DNA of 64,000 nt from an uncultured Actinomycetes bacterium (GTDB lineage Bacteria > Actinomycetota > Acidimicrobiia > IMCC26256 > JANYLB01): contig CAWHIU010000002.1 of assembly GCA_963829475.1 (NCBI GenBank), positions 3,635-67,634 on the forward strand, in the 5' to 3' direction. The position numbers and the translations under genes were made by a program. The notes beneath the pieces were generated by a model. That model searched no databases. It worked only from the letters and a program-made list of their open reading frames with translations, and was not told the origin of the DNA. Of this stretch, positions 9,800 through 19,553 are shown piece after piece. Position 1 is the stretch's first letter. Each line of letters opens with the position of its first letter.

Positions 9800-10466
9800 T
9801 CAGCTGCAGGTGAGGGCGTCGCTGGTTGCGCTGGATCCGACGGTGTTCTCGGCCGAGACGCGGATGGTTCCGCCGAGGTCGACGGATGCACTGGTTGCGT
9901 TGGTGCGTTCCGACTCTCATGGCGGTGCCGATCTCTACTCCGCCGGGGCCGGGCGGTGCGGGCGCGCTCTCGTGCGTGACGATGTAGTCGACGAGCGGGC
10001 TTCCGCCGTCGTCCGTGGTCCACGACGCGGTGCAGCCGCCTGCACCGACGGATGCACTGATCGTGACCACGGGCGTGCCGGGAACCGACGCCGGGGGCGC
10101 AGGCGGCGCGGGCGGTGACGATTCGATCATCGGTGCGACGGGAGCCGACGTCTCGCCCCGCGACGGCGCGAGCGTCGTCGTGGTTGCACCCAGGGTGCTC
10201 GACGTGGAGGTGATGGCGTCGCTGCTGTTCGCGTCGGTCAGCTCCGGTGCGGATCGTTGCAGCGTCCGCTTCGCGACGACCGCGCGCGAGGTGTCGGCTT
10301 CTCCGGGGCTCGTGACGAACAACACCACGGCGACGACGCCGAGCGCGGTCACCATCGCGATCCCGGTGGCGAATGCCACGTTGCGGTGCGATCCGAGACG
10401 CGTCGGTTCGGGCTCGGGCGTGTTGCTCGCGGTGCCGACCGTGGCGGTGTCGTGCTCCTCGGGCAT
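9800..10466 (-). pseudogene. Single-pass membrane protein with a Pro/Thr-rich linker and a fibronectin-III-like domain, with one frame interruption.
   Basis: TM segment AFATGIAMVTALGVVAVVLFV. FN3-like CTASWTTDDGGSPLVDYIVTHE. The C-terminus continues in another frame as TNATSASVDLGGTIRVSAENTVGSSATSDALTCS*, with its stop at 9800. Confidence 0.5.
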
Positions 10467-10635
10467 GGCGTGCTCCCTGGCCGACTCGTGAACAGCGCAG
10501 AGTGCCGGACCGACGAGGCGCCGTCAAGACGTGTCGGCACGGTCGCGACGCGCTTCGACTTCGCTGTCTCACCCCCGTGGCATCATGGGTGGAGCAACTT
10601 CCCCCTGCTGGTATGACGACCACGGAGGGAAGACA

Positions 10636-11076
10636 GTGAACGAACCACGATTCTCACCCGATCTGCGCGACCGCTTGGTCGAGCTGTTCGGGCCGGATGG
10701 AGCACTCGAGCTGATGGAACGGGTCCCCGAGGTGCAGTGGCACGAGATCGCCACGAAGGCGGATGTCGCCGACCTGGTGACGAAGGCGGATCTCGGCGCC
10801 ACGAAGGCCGACATCGTTGGGGTGAAGGCCGACATTGTTGCGGTGAAGGCTGACCTTTCCGGAGTGAAGGCTGATCTTTCTGCAGTGAAGGTCGACATCG
10901 GAGTCCTGCGCGGCGATGTGCTGTCGACGAAGCTCGAGCTCGCCGAGTTCCGCGTCGAGATGGCCAACCAGTTCCGAGAGTTCAGCTTCCGGATGACGAC
11001 GACGATGGTCACCACCATGTTGGGTGGCATCTTCGGCGCGGCCGGGCTGGCATTCGCGGCCGCCAAGCTCTCCTGA
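10636..11076 (+). CDS. Tail-anchored coiled-coil protein (DUF1640-like) with about 7 heptad (21-bp) KAD-type repeats.
   Basis: GGAGGGA sits before GTG 10636. Repeats TKADVADLV/TKADLGA/TKADIVGV/KADIVAV/KADLSGV/KADLSAV/KVDIGVL span 10753-10908. The C-terminal TM anchor is MVTTMLGGIFGAAGLAFAAAKLS*. Confidence 0.65.
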   Translation: MNEPRFSPDLRDRLVELFGPDGALELMERVPEVQWHEIATKADVADLVTKADLGATKADIVGVKADIVAVKADLSGVKADLSAVKVDIGVLRGDVLSTKLELAEFRVEMANQFREFSFRMTTTMVTTMLGGIFGAAGLAFAAAKLS

Positions 11077-11153
11077 CCGAGCTGTCCGACCCCGTTGGTA
11101 CGCTGCTCCTCGAGCTTCCCCCTCGACCTGTCGAACGAGTCTTGGGAGAAGTT

Positions 11154-11631
11154 GTGGCGATCAGCGAAGAATCTCGGCACGAGATGTACGTGAAGCTCGA
11201 GGAGGTCCTCGGTGCTCCGGTGGCAACGACGATGATGGAACATCTTCCGCCCGTCGGTTGGGCCGACGTCGCAACGAAACACGACCTCGACGCGCAGTCC
11301 GTCTTGATGAAGCACGACCTCGATGCGCAGTCCGTCTTGCTGAAGCGCGACCTCGATGCGCAGTCCGTCTTGCTGAAGCGCGATCTCGACGCGCAATCGG
11401 TGCTCCTGAGGCACCACATTGATGCGCAGGTCTCGCTGGTACGGCACGACCTCGACACTGCAGATCTCGCTCGTGCGTGGCGATATCGGCAATCTGGAAT
11501 TGTCGATCGACGGCAAGCTCGACGGGGTGAGGGTCGAGATGCACCGGGAGGTCAACCGCCTGCTGGTCTGGCTGTTCCCGACGCTCGTGTCCCTGTTGGG
11601 GCTCACCTTCGCCGCCGCGAAGCTCTCCTGA
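11154..11631 (+). pseudogene. Paralogous tail-anchored coiled-coil protein with 11-residue (33-bp) KHDLDAQSVLL repeats. One frame interruption lies near 11458.
   Basis: VAISEESRHEMYVKLEEVLGAPVATTMMEHLPPVGWADVATK is followed by about 5.5 copies of K(H/R)DLDAQSVL(M/L) from 11277. ORF 11419-11631 supplies ...VRVEMHREVNRLLVWLFPTLVSLLGLTFAAAKLS*. This is the same C-terminal FAAAKLS as the 10636 gene. Confidence 0.6.
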
Positions 11632-11641
11632 GCTGAGCTCT

Positions 11642-11692
11642 CCGACTCCCTGACTGCGTCAGCTGGTCGGGTCGCGGTACCAGGGGAGTCGG
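11642..11692. terminator. Stem-loop between convergent genes (candidate bidirectional terminator).
   Basis: CCGACTCCCTG (11642-11652) pairs with CAGGGGAGTCGG (11681-11692). The loop contains an inner CTGAC-TGC-GTCAG hairpin. Confidence 0.45.
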
Positions 11693-11703
11693 CCTTCGAT
11701 CGC

Positions 11704-12231
11704 TCAGTAGCTGTACTTCGACTTGCTCGTGCTGGTGGTGCTGCTGCCGGTGCTGCTGCCGGTCGTGGTCCCGCTGATCTTCACGACGTGCCAGGTGCCG
11801 CCCATGGCAGGAACGCCATCGCCCTTCGTGTCCCCCGCGGCCGCGTCACCGGCGAAGCGGTACAGCGGAAGCCCGGCCTGCGTGACCTGCGTGCTCGTCC
11901 CCTCCGGCGTCGTGGCGAGATCGGTCACGCCGGCGGCGCCCGTTGCGGTGGTCGTTCCCGCGGGCAGGAGCAGCGGCGGCCACGCGGTGAGGCATCCACC
12001 GGTGCACGCGACGGCTACACCCTGGTTGCTCAGGGTGTAGAGCGTCTTGCCGTCGGCATCGACGAGGATCGTTCCGAGCTGCGGGTTCGACGCGGTCTTC
12101 ACGATCGCGGTCGACGTCGAGCCCGCCGCAGTCGTGGACGACGCGGCCTTCGCGGTCGTGGGAGTCGACGCCGACTTCGCGCTCGAGCCCGACGACCCGC
12201 ACGCGGCGAGGAGCACCGTGGCTCCGATCAC
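11704..12231 (-). CDS. Lipoprotein of the 'secreted repeat / Yx(FWY)xxD lipoprotein' type (COG4315-like).
   Basis: Lipobox LLAAC|GSS. It also has GTILVDADGKTLYTLSNQ...CTGGCLTAWPPLL and GLPLYRFAGD. The real start may be ATG 12319 via one frameshift, which would give a charged n-region. Confidence 0.65.
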   Translation of the reverse strand: MIGATVLLAACGSSGSSAKSASTPTTAKAASSTTAAGSTSTAIVKTASNPQLGTILVDADGKTLYTLSNQGVAVACTGGCLTAWPPLLLPAGTTTATGAAGVTDLATTPEGTSTQVTQAGLPLYRFAGDAAAGDTKGDGVPAMGGTWHVVKISGTTTGSSTGSSTTSTSKSKYSY

Positions 12232-12523
12232 GAGCGCCGGGAGTCGCGAGTCGTGCCGCGCGCGAGGTGAGCGTCGACAGGCGACGGGTCGGGACGACGG
12301 TGGCGATGCGCGTGGGCATGGGCGATCCTTCCGAGGGCAGCTGAACAGCTGGCGTTGCTGATCCTACGGCTGGGATCGCCGAAGGGATTGGCCGCGAGGG
12401 TCAACGTTCCCTGACCACGGTGGCCGACGGATGATCGGAACGCACCTGGGCTCGTCCGGCCCCGTTGGGTACGCTGCCCGTCGAGCTTCCTCTCGACTTG
12501 TCGAACGAGTTCTGTGAGAAGTC

Positions 12524-12708
12524 GTGGCGATCAGCGAAGAATCTCGGCACAGACGTACATGAAGCTCGGGGAGGTCCTCGGTGCTCCGGTGGCTAGGACG
12601 ATGATGGAACATCTGCCACCCGTCGGCTGGGCCGGCGTCGCCACGAAGTACGACCTCGACGCGCGGATCTCGCCGGGCCCGGCCGTCGCCGCGATCAAGC
12701 ATTCCTGA
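12524..12708 (+). pseudogene. Truncated third copy of the tail-anchored coiled-coil family. The leader and N-terminal domain are present. The repeats and TM anchor are absent.
   Basis: 12455-12665 aligns with 11086-11300, including the upstream leader (ccccgttgg(g)tacgctgc...gtggcgatcagcgaagaatctcggcac). An early stop follows VAISEESRH, then the reading resumes as MKLGEVLGAPVARTMMEHLPPVGWAGVATKYDLDA. Confidence 0.6.
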
Positions 12709-13139
12709 TGACCGAGTTCGGTTCGGGCTGGACGGCAGAGGTGTGGATCGATCCCGGCTGGTACGAGTTCCAGAACAGCCCCGGTGCGGGCGCCCCGAGT
12801 GGCCCGCCGACGATCGTGCCGATCCGCGGCGCCGCCGCGCTCATCGGCCGCCCTTCCAAGGCCCGGAGCCTCACGCCCGAGATCGACTGCACGCCCGACG
12901 GAGCGGTCTCGCACCGACACGCGCTGCTCACCCTCGAAGACGATCGTTGGTCGGTCGAAGACCTGGGTTCCACCAACGGCACCTTCGTCGGCTCGGAGGG
13001 CCGGCCCTTCCCCACGAGTCCGCTCGGTGCCGAGGAGCATCGAGAGCTCGTCGATGGAGATCGCATCTACATCGGCGCGTGGACGCGAGTGCTGGTCCGC
13101 CGGGCGACCACCGGAGAGCAAGCCGGCATCACGGGCTGA
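12708..13139 (+). CDS. FHA-domain protein.
   Basis: IGRPSKARSLTPEIDCTPDGAVSHRHALLTLEDDRWSVEDLGSTNGTFV is a canonical FHA core. Confidence 0.8.
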   Translation: MTEFGSGWTAEVWIDPGWYEFQNSPGAGAPSGPPTIVPIRGAAALIGRPSKARSLTPEIDCTPDGAVSHRHALLTLEDDRWSVEDLGSTNGTFVGSEGRPFPTSPLGAEEHRELVDGDRIYIGAWTRVLVRRATTGEQAGITG

Positions 13140-13217
13140 GGCGGCGCCGCGCCCGATGCCCTGCCCAACCGGGCTGGGGGGTCAAGGGGAGGGGGATTTG
13201 CGCCGACAATCCCGGAT

Positions 13218-15341
13218 ATGTCGGAACTTCCGGCTCACCCGAACCAGCTACCTCACCCGAACCAGCGACGGCCCGGTTCCTTGGGCGAGGTTGATCGGCT
13301 CCTCGCGTACTCGCTCGACGTCCTGACCGTGCTCGACGCCGACGGGTCGTGGCGCTACTCGAGCCCGGCCGGGACCGAGCTCCTCGGCCACCGCCCCGGT
13401 TACGACCCCGAGGGCGGGATCTTCTCGTTGGTGCATCCCGACGATCTCGCCGCCGCGGAGCACGTGTTCGGCCAACTCGTCGCGGGCACCTGGGACAGCT
13501 CGACCGCGGTCGAGCTGCGCGTGCAGGTCGCCGACGGGAGCTATCGGATCTTGGAGAACTACGCGCGCAACCTGTGTGACGACCCCGGCGTGAGGGGCCT
13601 CATCGTCAACTCGCGTGACATCACCGAGCGTCGCAACGCCGAATCCGCGTTGCGAAGCGAAGACCGGCGGTTTCGCTCACTCGTGCAGCACGTGTCGGAG
13701 TACACGTTGGTGTGGGACGCAGACTTCAACCTCTCCTACGTGAGTCCCTCGGTGATCGAGGCGACCGCGGGAACCTTGCAACCCGGTTCGGAGGTGCTGC
13801 ACGCGGAGTTGGTCCATCCCGACGACATGACGCTCACCGAAGAGGCGTTCGTCGAGCTCATCGCCGCACCGATGGGCACGACGCGCCGGATCGAGTTCCG
13901 TCTCCATCTCGGTCCCGGTCCCGGAGCTTTCCGCTGGGTCGACGCGATCGCGACGAACCTGCTCGACGATCCCGATGTCGCCGGAGTCGTCGTGAACGCG
14001 CAAGACGTCACCGAGCGCCACGAGCACGAAGACCGACTCGACCACCTCGCCAACCACGACCCGCTCACCGAGCTCCCGAACCGGTTCGCGTTCGAGCGCC
14101 GTCTCGCCGACCGCCTCGACGCCGGGCTCCGACCGTTCGCCGTCTGCTGCATCGATCTCGATCACTTCAAGCGGGTGAACGACAGCCTGGGTCACCATGC
14201 CGGCGACGACCTGCTCCGCGTGATGGCCCATCGGATCGGCATCGTGGCCGGCGACGACGCGATCGTCGCTCGGCTCGGCGGCGACGAGTTCGCCGTCCTC
14301 GCCGACTGCACCGATCTCGACGACGCCGAAGTGCTCGCAGGCCGACTGCGCTACGCGATCGGCCAGGACGTGTTCCTCGGAACGACCCGGATCCACGTCG
14401 ACGCGAGCATCGGTGTCGACGTCGCCGACATCGCCACGCCGTCGGACCCCGTCTCCCTCATGCGCAACGTCGACATCGCGATGTACGAGGCGAAGGCGCT
14501 CGGCCGGGGCCAGATCGTCCGCTTCGACGTGTCGCTCCGCGAGCAGGCCGAGCGACGCGTCGAGCTCGAGACCGCGGTCCGGCGTGCCGTCACGAGCGAG
14601 GAGCTCGTCGTCCACTACCAGCCGTTGATCTCGGCCGCCAACGGCGAGACCGTCGGCTTGGAAGCTCTCGTGCGGTGGCAACACCCGACCCGAGGTGTCC
14701 TGCTGCCGGCGGAGTTCCTCGCTGTCGCCGAACGGATCGGCCTCAGCGCGCGCATCGAGGAGCAGGTGCTCGCGGCGGTGCTCGCCGACCTGTCGGCCGA
14801 CCCGGATCTCCCGCGGGTGTGGGTGAACCTCTCGGTGCTCGAGCTGTCGCGCCCACGACACACGCGTCGTATCACGACCGCGGCGATCGAGGCCGACGTT
14901 CCCCTCGCCCGGCTCGGCTTCGAGATGACCGAGAGCGCGCTCGCGACCGACACGGAGGCGGTGCGCGAGAACCTCGCGTGGTTGGGTGACCGCGGCGCGC
15001 GTCTCGCGCTCGACGACTACGGCTCCGGCTACGCGAGCTTGGCCAATCTTCGACAGCTGCCGATCGACGAGCTGAAGATCGACCAGTCGCTCATCGCACG
15101 GATGATGGGCGAGCCGTTCGACCTCGCGGTCGTGCAGGCCATCGTGCAGATCGCGCGCTCGCTCGGCCTCGGCGTGATCGCCGAGGGCATCGAGACCGCG
15201 GAGCAGGCGGGGATGGCGCGCGAGCTCGGCATCGCGACGCTGCAGGGGTTTCTGTTCGCCCATCCGGAATCGATCGACGCGAACCGCAGCCACCGCGCCG
15301 AAACCCAGCAGATCTGTACCCCCGCGCCGTTCGCACTCTGA
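13218..15341 (+). CDS. PAS-PAS-GGDEF-EAL cyclic-di-GMP signalling protein (707 aa, intact).
   Basis: RLGGDEFAVLA (GGDEF). EALVRWQHP, DDYGSGYASL, LKIDQSLI and EGIET (EAL domain). There are two PAS-like segments at the N-terminus. Confidence 0.9.
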   Translation: MSELPAHPNQLPHPNQRRPGSLGEVDRLLAYSLDVLTVLDADGSWRYSSPAGTELLGHRPGYDPEGGIFSLVHPDDLAAAEHVFGQLVAGTWDSSTAVELRVQVADGSYRILENYARNLCDDPGVRGLIVNSRDITERRNAESALRSEDRRFRSLVQHVSEYTLVWDADFNLSYVSPSVIEATAGTLQPGSEVLHAELVHPDDMTLTEEAFVELIAAPMGTTRRIEFRLHLGPGPGAFRWVDAIATNLLDDPDVAGVVVNAQDVTERHEHEDRLDHLANHDPLTELPNRFAFERRLADRLDAGLRPFAVCCIDLDHFKRVNDSLGHHAGDDLLRVMAHRIGIVAGDDAIVARLGGDEFAVLADCTDLDDAEVLAGRLRYAIGQDVFLGTTRIHVDASIGVDVADIATPSDPVSLMRNVDIAMYEAKALGRGQIVRFDVSLREQAERRVELETAVRRAVTSEELVVHYQPLISAANGETVGLEALVRWQHPTRGVLLPAEFLAVAERIGLSARIEEQVLAAVLADLSADPDLPRVWVNLSVLELSRPRHTRRITTAAIEADVPLARLGFEMTESALATDTEAVRENLAWLGDRGARLALDDYGSGYASLANLRQLPIDELKIDQSLIARMMGEPFDLAVVQAIVQIARSLGLGVIAEGIETAEQAGMARELGIATLQGFLFAHPESIDANRSHRAETQQICTPAPFAL

Positions 15342-15449
15342 GTCGTCGGAATCCGCAGCCGACGGTGCAATCCTCCGCTTGATGCAGATCAGCCGGGTGC
15401 TCGGTGGCCGACCGTCAGCCTGCCGCGCCGGGCCCGGGTTCGACCGTGG

Positions 15450-17548
15450 GTGTCCCAGCGTGGCGGTACGGTGCGAATCATGACCGGAGACCAGCTCGAG
15501 ACCCGGGCGACCGCCGCGCTGCGTGAGCTGGTGGGCTCGCCGTCGGCGGAGTTCCGCGACGGCCAGCTCGAGGCGATCACCGCGCTCGTCCGCGACCGGC
15601 GACGCGCCCTGGTCGTGCAGCGGACCGGTTGGGGCAAGAGCGCGGTGTACTTCGTCGCCACCCGACTCCTGCGGGAAGACGGCGCGGGCCCCACGGTGAT
15701 CGTGTCGCCGTTGCTCGCGTTGATGCGGAACCAGATCGCATCGGGCGAGCGCGGCGGGGTGCGCAGCGCCACGATCAACAGCGACAACCGCGACGGGTGG
15801 GACGAGATCACCGGCCAGCTCGACCGCGACGAGATCGACGTGCTGCTCGTGTCGCCCGAGCGGTTCGCGAACCCGGGCTTCGCCGCCGACGTGTTGCCGA
15901 AGATCGCGGCGCAGCGTCGGCCTGCTCGTCGTCGACGAGGTGCATTGCATCAGCGACTGGGGTCACGACTTCCGGCCCGACTACCGCCGCATCGGCCGAC
16001 TGCTCGACCTTCTGCCCGACGGTGTCCCCGTGCTCGGTACGACGGCGACCGCGAACGACCGGGTCGTCGCCGACATCGAGGCGCAGTTCGGTGCCGGGCT
16101 CGTCACGATCCGCGGTCCGCTCGCGCGGCCGAGCCTCGCGCTCGACACCCGACGCATCCCGAGCCAGCCCGACCGGCTCGCGTGGCTCGCCACCGTCATC
16201 CCGAAGCTGCCCGGCACCGGCATCGTCTACTGCATGACCGTCGCCGACACCGATCGCGTCGCGGGGTGGCTGCGCGAACAGGGCATCGACGCGGCGGCGT
16301 ACAGCGGCCAGACCGACTCCGAGCTCCGACGCACCCTCGAAGACCGCCTGCTCGCGAACGACCTCGACGTGTTGGTGGCCACCTCCGCGCTCGGGATGGG
16401 ATACGACAAGCCCGACCTCGCGTTCGTGATCCACTACCAGTCGCCCGGATCGCCGATCGCGTACTACCAGCAGGTCGGCCGCGCCGGCCGCGCCCTCGAT
16501 CACGCGCACGGGATCCTGCTGTCGGGCTACGAGGACCGCGACATCCAGGACTACTTCATCCGCGTCGCGTTCCCGCCTCAGGAGCAGGCCGAAGCCGTCG
16601 TCGCGCTCCTCGGCACCGACGAATGGACGAAGATCGCCGACATCGAGCAGCGCGTGAACATCCGCCGCGGGCGGCTCACCTCGATGTTGAAGGCGCTCGA
16701 GGTCGAGGGTGCGATCGAGCGCAACGGGTTCTCGTACCGCCGTACCGATGCACCCTGGGAGTACCCGACCGAACGCATCGCGACCGTCACCGCACAACGT
16801 CGAGCCGAGCAGCAGGTGATGGAGGAGTATCTCGACAGTGACCGGTGTCTCATGGAGCTGCTCGGGCGGGTGCTCGACGACCCGACCGCGGGTCCGTGCG
16901 GTCGGTGCTCGCGCTGCACCGGCGAACGCATCGAGGTCGACCTCGATCCCGCGCTCGTCGCGCGCGGCCCAGGAGTACCTGCGTCGTGATCCGCTCGTGG
17001 TCGAGCCGCGTCGCATGCGGGCGGCGGGTGGCCGGATCCCGAAAGACGTGCAGATCGAAGCCGGCCGGGCGCTCTCGGAATGGGGCGACGGCGGCTGGGG
17101 TCGTCTGGTCAAGGAGCAGCGCGCCGCCGGTGCGTTCTCCGACGAGCTCGTGTTCGCGCTCGCCGATGTGGTGGGGAAGTGGCACATCGACCGCCGGCCC
17201 ACCTGGGTCACGTTCGTGCCGTCGACCCGGGCTCCGTCACTCGTGTCGTCGCTCGCGGGTCGGCTCGCGCAACGGCTCGATCTGCCGGTGCACGCGGTGT
17301 TCAGCAAGACGCGTGACACCGCGCCGCAGTCGGAGATGGAGAACAGCACCCAGCAGTACGAGAACATCGCCGGCGCGTTCGAGATCGACATCGAGTCGAG
17401 CGACGGATCGATTCCCGACGGTCCGGTGTTGCTCGTCGACGATCTCGCCGACTCCCGGTGGACGCTCGCGGTCACCGGCGCCCGGTTGCGCAAGGCGGGC
17501 AGCGGTCCGGTGCTTCCCCTCGTGCTCGCGATCGGGAGCAACGACTGA
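15450..17548 (+). pseudogene. RecQ-family DNA helicase fused to a C-terminal phosphoribosyltransferase (ComF-like) domain, with two frame interruptions.
   Basis: QRTGWGKSAVY (Walker A). VVDEVHCISDWGHDFRPDY (DExH) follows the shift near 15915. TSALGMGYDKPD and YYQQVGRAGR are present. The Cys cluster is CGRCSRC. After the shift near 16975, the tail ends PVLLVDDLADSRWTL (PRTase-type motif). Confidence 0.75.
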
Positions 17549-17601
17549 ACCGCTCGACTGAACCGCTCGCCTGAGCGGGTCCGAACTGAGCAGGGTCCGC
17601 C

Positions 17602-19465
17602 TCAGTGGCCGAACTTGCGCGACGCGGGAACGTCGTTCGCCAGCGAGTTGAGGTACCCGAGCGCGGCCCGGCGGGCATCGGGGTCCCCGCGGTTGGGATT
17701 CAGGTGCTCGGCGGTCGGGGGATCGACGCTGACCTCGGGCGGTCCCGGCTCGTCCTCCTCGCGTCGGTCTTCGTTTCGTCTTCGTTCGTCTTCGTCTTCG
17801 TGGTGGTCGGGGGCGGCCAGCTCGGAGAGTGCGTCGAGCAACAGGGGCTCGTCGTCGGTCGAGACGGCGGGTTCGTGGCGCGGTTCCGCGACCCGCGCCG
17901 CGCGGGCCTCCTCGGCGAGGAGACGAGCGGCTGCCACCTGCTTCCAGGCCTCCTCGAGTTGGGCCGAGAGGGTGGTCGTCTCCGTGCGCAGGGAGTCGGC
18001 ATCGGATCGGGCCGCCGCGAGGGCTTCCTCGAGTTCGGCATTCTGCGTCTCGGAGGAGCTCAGCGCGACCCGCGTGAGATCCGCGGCGGCGCGTCGTTCG
18101 CGTTCTTCGGCCGCCTGCTCGAGACCCGCGACTTCGAGCAGTAGGGCATCGCGCTCGTTCGCCACGTCGCCGAGCCGCTGCTCGGCCGCACCCGACCGCA
18201 GCGTCGATTCCTTGATGTCGCTCCGGGCCGTGGCGAGCGCGACCTGGAGATCGGCCACCGCGGTGTTCGCGACATCGAGGCGATCGACGGCCTCGCCCAG
18301 CTCGGCGTCGCGGCGCTCCAGCAAGGCGTCGCGGCGGCTGAGCTCGGCGGCGAGCTCGTCACGCGTCGTTGCGGCTGCGTGCAAGTCGGCTTCCGCAATG
18401 GCCGCGCGCGCTTCGGCGGTCGTCGCCCGGTCGTGTTCCTGTTCGCCGACCTCCTCCAGGCTCGCGAGCTTGGCCCGAAGGGTGTCTCGTTCCCGGCTGA
18501 CCGTGTCCAGACGCTTCCGGGCCCGCGCCACGTCGTTGCCGGCGCGCTCGGCTTCGGTCTCGGCGGCGGCGAGGCGCTCGGTCGCGACGGCCACCGCCGC
18601 TTCGGCGGTTTCGGCGCGCGACTCCATCGCGATCAGTTCGGCATCGATCTCGGCGAGCTGATTCACGAGGTCCTCGACCCGTTGGGTGAGCTTGCTCGAC
18701 CTGTCCGCCGCCCCCGAGTGCCGCGAGTTCGGCGACCGCAGCGGCGCGCTCGGCCTCGACGGCGTCGAGACGCGCCCGTTCGTCGACCGCGTTGCGGTGG
18801 AGGGCTTCGCTCGCGGCTTCGAGGCTTCGTTCTGCCGTCTCGTAGGCCGCGTTCGCGCGCTTCGCCTCCTTCTCGGCAGTTGTGCGGGCCTGGAGCGCGT
18901 CGCGGAGGCGATAGGTGCTGTCGGCGTTGACCGACTGCTGATCGGCGAGCATTCCCCGGAGGCGATCGGCCTCGGCCTTCGTCTCCACCAGCGCCGTCTC
19001 GATGCGTTGGAGCTCGGCCGCGACGTCGGTGCGCGCGGTCTGCTCGGCCCGGGCGCGCTCCTTGGCGATGAGATCGGCTCGCGCCGACGCGAAGTGCTTG
19101 AGCTCACGCCGGAGCTCGGCCTGGTCGCCCGCGGCGGCGCGCCACGCAGTCGTCGCGGCTTCGAGATGTTCGCGTTGCTCGAGCGCGATGGCCCGCGCTT
19201 CCTGGGCAGCACGCGCGTTGGTGGCGGCGATCTTCTCCAGCTCGGTGGCCCGCCGCCGCTTCCGGCCGGCTCCGGGGGCGTCGAGCAGGACGAGATCGTG
19301 GGTGAAGACCGGTGCCGGCGGGAGCTCGGGGAGCCCGTCGTCGACGACGATCGGGTCGGTCACAGCCGCGTCGGCGGTCGACTCGTCGGTCCCAGTCCGG
19401 TGCAGAGAACCGTGCCGCAGGTCGATCACCGCATCGGGCTGCTTGTCCTCGCGAAGGCTTGGCAT
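17602..19465 (-). pseudogene. Large (~620 aa) Ala/Glu/Arg-rich coiled-coil protein with an acidic C-terminal region. One frame interruption lies near 18690.
   Basis: ORF 18359-19465 gives the N-terminal half and ORF 17602-19212 gives the C-terminal half. Both are colinear and both have long heptad-like EAERA/AELA composition. Confidence 0.5.
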
Positions 19466-19553
19466 CCCACTTCGTCTGTCGGCATTTGCCGCTCGAGAAC
19501 TTGAGGCGACCGGCCAGGTTCGTCGCGATCAGCGCGCGTGATCAGCGACGTGA

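Noticed and set aside
1-12700. The island as a bounded mobile element (prophage, ICE or transposon).
   Set aside because: I could recognise no integrase, transposase, terminal inverted repeats or tRNA attachment site. Only a DUF222/HNH-like remnant and an internal duplication are present, so mobility is not supported by this window.
13677-15950. Very long antisense ORFs. Examples are the 757-aa ORF at 13677-15950 (-), 31351-33681 (-), 26069-28060 (-), 22717-24348 (-), 42508-44169 (-), 45476-46693 (-) and 24454-27099 (+).
   Set aside because: These are typical high-GC shadow ORFs lying opposite to, or out of frame with, genes that have clear family motifs. Their compositions are Arg/Gly/Pro/Asp-rich with no recognisable motifs.
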